Part shown: positions 56,536 through 64,000 of the stretch, piece by piece
Layout of the letters: each line of letters begins with the position of its first letter
Position numbering within the stretch: position 1 is the first letter of the stretch
NCBI GenBank assembly: GCA_951406725.2
Contig: OX597823.1
Coordinates: forward strand, 46,686,001-46,750,000
DNA: 64,000 nt
Direction of reading: 5' to 3'
Source of the DNA: Octopus vulgaris
Lineage: Eukaryota
Made by a program: the position numbers and the translations under genes
The notes under the pieces: generated by a model
The model's database searches: none
What the model was told of the DNA's origin: nothing
What the model saw: only the letters and a program-made list of their open reading frames with translations

Positions 56536-57659
56536 TATAAATATATATACGTACAGGACACCACAAAAAGACGTAAAACTCAACAGAAACGAAAACGGAA
56601 AAGCCATTTTGTTACAACAGAAAGGCAGAGACGTGGAACAGGACGAGAACGAAAACGGGAAAAACATTATTTACAACAGAAAAACAAGGTACAGGACATG
56701 CTACACAAGGAAAAATCCCCTTCATCAGCTGTCACTAGTAGACTTAGCGTGTTTCGAAGGTAAGACAGGACACAACTCGTCAATACTAGGCCTTCCTGCG
56801 AGAGAATTAAAATAAAATAACCTCGCAGAGGGGTAAAACAAGCACGAAAAAATGTAACACAAACGGGACGTAACAATAGAACTGCATAATAAAATACAAG
56901 ATAAAAATACAAAATTGAAAATACATGTACAAGAAAATACAAAACGAGAAATAAAATACAATACGAGAAATCAAAATAAACAAGAAAACAAACGAAAAAA
57001 ACAACAACGAAAGGCCTTTGTTCTGGCTGGGACGGAAGAGGTACTGGCGAGCGCAGGGAAACATGACCTTACGGCCTGAAAGCAACGTGCAAAAGGATTA
57101 GCAGTGACGAAAGTGAGGAGGAGTGAGATATATATATATATATATATACATACATACATAGACAGAGAGAGGGAAAGAGAAAGAGAGAGAGAGAGAGAGA
57201 TCCTTTCCCCGTCCTTTACTTTTCTTCCTCTTTCTTGATTGTCCTGAAACCCCCCTCTCTTTCTCTATTCTCCCCCTCTTTGATTTTCTTTCTCTCTTCC
57301 TCCTTTTTCCAAAACAACAAAAATATTTTCTCCTCTTCTTAAACAAACCAAAAATCACCCGATTCATATAAATGAACGAGACTATAGTAGAAGATACTTG
57401 CCCGGAGTCATGTAGTTGGGAAGCAAGCTTCTTACCACACAAACACGCATGCGCCTCCACTCAAAACACGTCTCACTAGCCCGTAGTAATATATTCAAAT
57501 TTCAGCACAAGCCCAGCAATTGTAAGGGGTGGATAAGATGGTTACATCAACTCCGAGGCTCAACTAGTACTCATCTTATCAACCCTGAAAGGATGAACAA
57601 CAAATTTTACTTCGGCGGAATTTACATTTGTCTGTAATAATACTCTTGTACGGTTAATT

Positions 57660-57905
57660 GTCTCAGCTTTGCGAAAAACATGGAGTCACGCCTGAAGTCA
57701 TTAACTGGCGCTGTTCTAAGATTGAAGACGGAACAATTAAATTTTCTAATAGTCTCTGCATTGATTCATTAATTTGGTTTAGTTGACCAAATATATCAGT
57801 GACATATGCTTGTCTAGCAACCCAATTATTGTCTATTAAATTTAGGTTTTTAATCTCTGAAAAACACTGACAAACCATTTTTCAGTTCAAAAACGCATTG
57901 CAGTA
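57660..57905 (-). mobile_element. hAT (Buster/Charlie-like) transposase fragment
   Basis: VFELKNGLSVF and WVARQAYVTDIFGQLNQINESMQ, like WxxxLAYLxDIFxxLNxLNxSLQ. Confidence 0.8.
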
Positions 57906-58159
57906 TTTTTGTGATATCAGTAAATAAATAGGAAAATAAATTAATAAAATAAAGAATTAAAATCTGCATACAAAAAAACCTGCATATTATAACTTTTACG
58001 CGAATAATTCGATGCTAACCGCTAAGGAGAAATATCAAAAAATAAATTACATACGCGTGAAACAAAGTTTAAATAATACAGTCATACGTCTCTTAAATTG
58101 TACAACAACCGTCTTTACATTATGTAAGCTCAAATAAGCCAATGTGGCCTTTGTATTTA

Positions 58160-58688
58160 TTGGGTTGTCCGGAAAGTTCGTGCCGATTTATAGCAGCTTA
58201 CATTTCGATTTATTTTAGAACATGGTTGAGTCCATAAAATAGGATTTGACTACACCTCCTTTTAGAGCACAGTTTAAGCTATCTTTTCGTGGAAGGAGAT
58301 TTATGTTCCTATAAACTGTGTTAATTCTGTAACCCTTTAAAATGGAAGATAATAAAGTTCATTTTCGGCACTTGATGCTTTGGGAGCCAGACAAAAATTG
58401 CTGCAGCTCGGCTGGGATGTGTTACCCCACCCTCCATATTCACCAGATATTGCTCCTTCGGATTTCCACTTATTCTCTTCAGAATAGTCTTAATGGTAAA
58501 AATTTCAATTCCTTGGATAACATAAAAAGATACGTTGATGAGTTCTTTGCCATGAAACCACCTCAATTCTGGGAAGAGGGCATTTTCAAGGTAAAGTTCA
58601 TATTTGGTTGATTAAAAATGTAATGGCAAGCATTTATTGACCTTTTTCTTTCCTTTAAAAATCGGCACGAACTTTCCGGACAACCCAA
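58160..58688 (+). mobile_element. Internally deleted mariner with perfect 30-bp TIRs and TA TSD
   Basis: TA|TTGGGTTGTCCGGAAAGTTCGTGCCGATTT...AAATCGGCACGAACTTTCCGGACAACCCAA|TA; MEDNKVHFRHLML joined to WDVLPHPPYSPDIAPSDFHLF. Confidence 0.95.
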
Positions 58689-60022
58689 TATATACACTAG
58701 ATAAAAAGAAATCTACTGCTGAGTTTATAACCAGCTTTCGATTTTGACCAAACGCAAAATTATTTCATCTACACTACTCGTATTTTAGAAATGGGCATTT
58801 ATCACTTTATTTATTTTTCATTGTATCGCTTTATTTATTTTTCATTGTTTGTAAAAATATTGATAATTTATATTATAATGAAAGAACAAACATATTTCGG
58901 TATGAAACTAAGAAGTGAGTAACAGCTCACCTATCGCCTTAAAAATTGTGAAGAGTCACGTTAATATGAGACTTGATTATGTTCAGAACACATATAACCA
59001 TATAGGTACAGTAGTGCTAATCTCACGGTATAAAACACAATTACCTAAAAAAAAAAAAAAAGGTAGCACCATTTATTTGTCTTACACGTGCAACAAAATC
59101 TTTAACAGAGACTGTCACTTGCCTTTATACCTTTAGTCAACATTGCACCATAAACCTACCTCAGAAGTTCCTATTCCTAAAAGAACCTATTGATACAATT
59201 GTTAGTTTCTAACACAAGATATTAACAGAACTGTGAAATATGTTTCCCTGCATCTACAAATTGGTTAAACGCCATAAATCGTGGGCCAGGCTACTGTCAT
59301 CTGTATTTATATCTAATTGTAATGTGAGAGCCTTAAACACTTGAATTTTTTTGAACAACTTAGGATTCTATATCACATGGAATTTGTTGACCATGTCGAC
59401 AATGGTCCCCTACACACAGTTATTGTCCCCTATTGTCCCCTACTGTCCCCTACACACAGTTATTTCATTTATCGTCTTTGATACAGTGACTCTGCAGGCA
59501 ACTATCTGTAATAGTGTATATTCTTTTGTTAGAGCGTTATTCTGGCCGTTAAATTCATCATAATCATTAGTTATATATATTCATGGATCTCAGTTATATA
59601 TTCATGAATCATAATGAAAAACTGTTTTGATTTTTTTGTTCACTTTTTCTGGTCTCCTGTAATGATAAAATATTGTGATAGTCCTTCTGAGACACCGTTG
59701 CACACTTCATAGGATAGATAGATGGCGGGTTAATGAGAAAGTAGCAAGGAAAAAAAATCAAAAAATTATAACAATAAACCAAGGTGAGTGACATTTGAAC
59801 AGCTCACCAACTGGTAGTATTCGATTTCATACTTTTCTCTAAGAAATATAAACTTCCGTTTAGCATTTGCTCTTCCCCTTGAGTAACATCTTCATGCGAT
59901 TACTTTTCTAGTTCATTCACTTGCTATCTCCTCTGCTTCTCACTGCATATTCAGCTGGTTACTTACATCTATACACACACATCTATATAAGTGTGTGTGT
60001 GTGTGTGTGTATATATAATATG

Positions 60023-60072
<50 letters not shown>

Positions 60073-60075
<3 letters not shown>

Positions 60076-60642
60076 GTATGATTGGGTATGATTAGTGAAA
60101 TTTTTGGTAGTAATGACTTATGTCCCTCTTAGTGTGAGGCATTTATGTGTAATAATGCCCTCTATAAAATATAAATTAATATGTTCAAAAGAAAAAAATT
60201 GTTTTCGAATTTTTTCTCTTATGAGGTTTTTCACGCTAACTACCTGATAATTTCTTGTTAAGATTCTTTATTAAGAAGTTATCCTTAATTGTTAAATTTA
60301 TTCCGAAAAAACTTTTCCTATCCGAAATGCAGTTCGTAAAAGCCCGCCATTTACCGAATATATGATTTATAAACATCTCCATGTGCTTCGTTGGAGAGAG
60401 CAGTTGCCTGTTCGGCTTCGACAGTGTTGGTCGTTTATTTATGATGTGTTCAGAATCAGTTCTATCGATGAGCATAGACGCATTTTTTATGTGGTGAGTG
60501 CGAAATCACAGGTGATATAGGACTAAATTCATTTTTAAAATGTCTTGCTTTGAAAAATTGCATTGGGTATGATTAGTGAAATTTTTGGTAGTAATGACTT
60601 ATGTCCCTCTTAGTGTGAGGCATTTATGTGTAATAATGCCCT

Positions 60643-60648
<6 letters not shown>
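60073..60648 (+). mobile_element. 481-bp unit with 87-bp terminal direct repeat and hammerhead-like fold, within (TA)n
   Basis: 60081-60167 equals 60562-60648; related fragments at 54915-55050 (-) and about 63760-63805 (-). Confidence 0.75.
60458..60524 (+). ncRNA. Type I hammerhead-like motif with UCGAUGA core
   Basis: AGUUCUA-UCGAUGA-GCAU...GUGC-GAAA-UCAC-AG-GUGA-U-A-UAGGACU. Confidence 0.6.
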
Positions 60649-60682
<34 letters not shown>

Positions 60683-60798
60683 ATATTAAATTAGAGATAA
60701 AACCACTATTAGGCAAATCAAACAATGAAAAACTTAAGCCAATACATAAAATTAATTAATTTATATTATTTTAAATATATACCAAAAGTATTAAAAGT

Positions 60799-60870
<72 letters not shown>

Positions 60871-61649
60871 CATGTCCTTTCTTATTCGCTTTAAAACTCT
60901 TTTTAATTATCACTACGATTTCATAGAAACAAGTTGTAACACAAATTCCTTAGAAGTAGCTTTACTGAAACTGCAATTCTTTGCGATAATTCTTTTCTTG
61001 AAGTATCATGATATAATCTGTCCGTAATATCTTCCTCGTTTTTCGTTCCAAATAGCCCAAAGTTTGTTTATTTTTTAATATATATGCCAGACAATTGGGT
61101 TCAAGAGAGCAGAATGAAGTACACCATATGCAATAACACATGCGTTGTCCTTGCAATTTTCTTTGACATTGCAACGATGAGGCACATTTCGGCCATGTCT
61201 CGGAATTAGAAACAAGCCTTACTCATATAATCAAACGCTGATATTTTAGTGTAAGAGCTTGTAAAGAGTATCTTGTAAATATATAAACCGTTTCAGTTAT
61301 GTGCAAAAACGTAACAAACTCACTGCGTTTTCTTTGAAATTATAATGGGAAAAAGAAACGACTGAGAGCCGAAAATATGAAAATCTTGAGAAGGCATATG
61401 TTAATTTCATTAACGATCCTTTTAGAGTAATGAGTGATATGTATTCAAAGAAACTGGTATATGGGAACCAAGCTTTGCGAATCTAATGCCTAGTGACTAC
61501 AGTGAAACACCAGTAAATTATATAACGTTTCGAATGGCAGAAGAGTTACTGGAAGTTATCAAAACGAGCCCAACTGTCTCATATCAAAAGACAAAGCTTG
61601 CTTAATAACAGCGCTTATCTAACGCCTTTTGTAAATATATGAGACAGTG

Positions 61650-61978
61650 TAAAGGTGCGTGTCTTAGTTGTCAAGGTACTCGGTTCACTATCGTTAAGTT
61701 CGTGAGTTCAATACCCGGCGGTGCATTGTGTCCTTGGGGGGTTCACTTTATTTCACGCTGCTCCAGTTCACTCAGCTGGCAAAAATGAGTTGTACCTGTA
61801 ATTCTAAAGGAGCCAACTTTGTCACATTTAGTGTCACGCTGAATCTCCTTGAAAACTACATTAAAAGTACGCGTGTCTGTGGAGTGCTCAGCCACTTGCG
61901 CATTAATCTCACGAGCAAGCTATTCCGTTGATCGGATCAACAGGAACCCTCGTCGTCATAACCGACGAAGTGCCAGTT
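61650..61978 (+). mobile_element. SINE family C with 14-bp TSD
   Basis: TATATGAGACAGTG at 61636-61649 and 61979-61992. Confidence 0.85.
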
Positions 61979-62489
61979 TATATGAGACAGTGAGGGGCTT
62001 CTAGAGGTAACTAACAATTACATATTCTTGAAACCACACTCTAATGTCTTATGGATGTTCTCCCCAAATCACACTCCACTGCCTTATTCATATATTCATG
62101 AATTTATATCCGGTGGGTGTACGATTGTACATTTCTTTATATTACTTATGTATGCTCATAACTGTATGTGGTTGTATTTATGTATCAAAATTTGAGGCTT
62201 CTATGAAGTACAACAACGTGTTAGAAATAGTAGCCGTGTCACCCTCAAACGGCACTCTATTGTCCTATATGCCATATGTGCATGTAACAGCTAACGAGAG
62301 AGCCTCTCTTTGATATCTCAACTGATAGGAATACCAGCCAAATCTCCTTAATATCATATTCTTTTGGCCAATGTATCTATACTTGTGTATTTAAGAGCCA
62401 ACAACGGACACACCTGCATTGTGGCTCCTCTTAAACAAATTACACATTCTTCATTTCATGTTATTTGATTGATACATACATATATGCAT

Positions 62490-62560
<71 letters not shown>

Positions 62561-62860
62561 GTTATACATATACATACATATATGAATTCAAGATTCAAGC
62601 TAATCAAGTCCTTAAATAGCAAACTACGAAGGGTCGGATCAGTGAAATAGCTATCGCGTATAAACACTATTTGAAGAACAAATACGTGCTTACTGAAAGA
62701 AGCACGGATTTATACACTGGTAGTGTGTACAATCGAAAATGACCGACTGAATATTTAACGGCTCACAAACACAGTCCTAATTGTACTGCATTCATATGAC
62801 TCCAGATCCACGTGAATTGTAGATTCCAAATAAGGTGAATGATTAACAATTAACAACATA

Positions 62861-63161
62861 TGGATTGTGGTTCATTACAGCTGTTTCACACGTGTTTTTA
62901 TTGGTGATAAGAATTATTACATCATGCGAAAGAAGCCGTTTCCATCTGGTAAATATATGTAAGAATTAAACATTTGCCCTTTTTTTTTTTTTTGGTCGGT
63001 AGAGTCAAAAATGGTATTTCTGCTTTGGATTTGAGATGTGTAAAATGTTTAATTCTTACATATATTCATTCACCCGATGAAAACGTATTTTTCGCATGAT
63101 GTAATAATTATATTCATCAGTAAAAAAACACGTCTGATACAGCAATAGTGAAACACAATCC
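62861..63161. mobile_element. Foldback/MITE with about 115-bp imperfect inverted arms
   Basis: 62861-62975 pairs with 63043-63161 (e.g. ATTATTACATCATGCGAAA / TTTCGCATGATGTAATAAT). Confidence 0.75.
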
Positions 63162-63189
63162 ACCTGATCCTATTTGTGTGTGTTTATAA

Positions 63190-63220
<31 letters not shown>

Positions 63221-63353
63221 TATATACATACATGCATGAATGCATTTATATATATATATATACAAACATATATATACATATATATATATACAAATATATA
63301 TACATACATATATATAATATAATATATATATATATATATATATACATACATAC

Positions 63354-63391
<38 letters not shown>

Positions 63392-63394
<3 letters not shown>

Positions 63395-63685
63395 AAGCGC
63401 AATAGCCCAGTGGTTAGGGTAGCGAACTCGCAGTCGGAGGATCGTGGTTTCGATTCCCAGACCGGGCGCTGTGTGTGTTTATTGAGCGAAAACACCTAAA
63501 GGTTCCGGCAGGGGTGGGGTGGCGATCCCTGTTGTACTCTTTCGCCACAACTTTCTCTGAATCTCTCTTCCTGTTTCTTGAGTAACGCTGCAATGGACTG
63601 GCATCCCGTCCAGATGGGAGGAACACATACGCCACAGAAATGGGAAACTGGGCCCATGATCCTGGCTAGGATTGAAAAGGGCGAC
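63392..63685 (+). mobile_element. SINE family C
   Basis: Head like 43575-43906, V-like block and tail like 48985-49245. Confidence 0.85.
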
Positions 63686-63697
63686 GCTTATCGTTTA

Positions 63698-63760
<63 letters not shown>

Positions 63761-63951
63761 GAGGATAAAATCTGTCTTAGACTTCATCAGGTAGTTAGCA
63801 TGCAATCAACCGGTATTCTATCCGTCTCATTGCCGTCTCATTGCCGAACCGCCAAGTCTCCTGGGCCTAAACACAGACTCAAATGTGTGTGTGTATGTAT
63901 GTCTTTATGTACGTATGTATGTATATGTGTATTATGTGTATGCATGTGTAC

Positions 63952-64000
<49 letters not shown>

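Noticed and set aside
60962-61210. Cys-rich peptide resembling a piggyBac C-terminal domain
   Set aside because: Spacing imperfect, no TTAA/TIR or DDD core nearby; the frame extends like other backbone islands

Overview
AT-rich, microsatellite-saturated eukaryotic DNA. The SINE families and repeat density suggest an octopus or related cephalopod (inference). No intact host gene is recognisable, and most ORF-track entries are translations of (TA)n, (CA)n, (TATC)n, (TAA)n or (TTC)n. Recognisable mobile elements: three tRNA-type SINE groups (several copies with TSDs), a young 5'-truncated CR1/L2-group LINE whose 3' stem-loop matches the main SINE tail, RTE and other LINE fragments, Penelope-like element (PLE) fragments, non-autonomous Helitrons, mariner and hAT relics, and MITEs. 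Two layers stand out. (1) At least ten type I hammerhead-ribozyme motifs, intact or decayed, sit in PLE termini and in short retrozyme-like repeat units, some with covarying stems and non-canonical cores. (2) The unique sequence between insertions reads as decayed, apparently intronless coding DNA. Hand translation across stops, frameshifts and insertions gives collinear family-B DNA polymerase-like motifs at about 45.2-53.9 kb (+) and weaker AEP-primase-like motifs near 21.6-21.9 kb (-). This suggests an ancient endogenous large-DNA-virus-like genome shredded by transposons. All protein calls come from manual reading; no searches were run.
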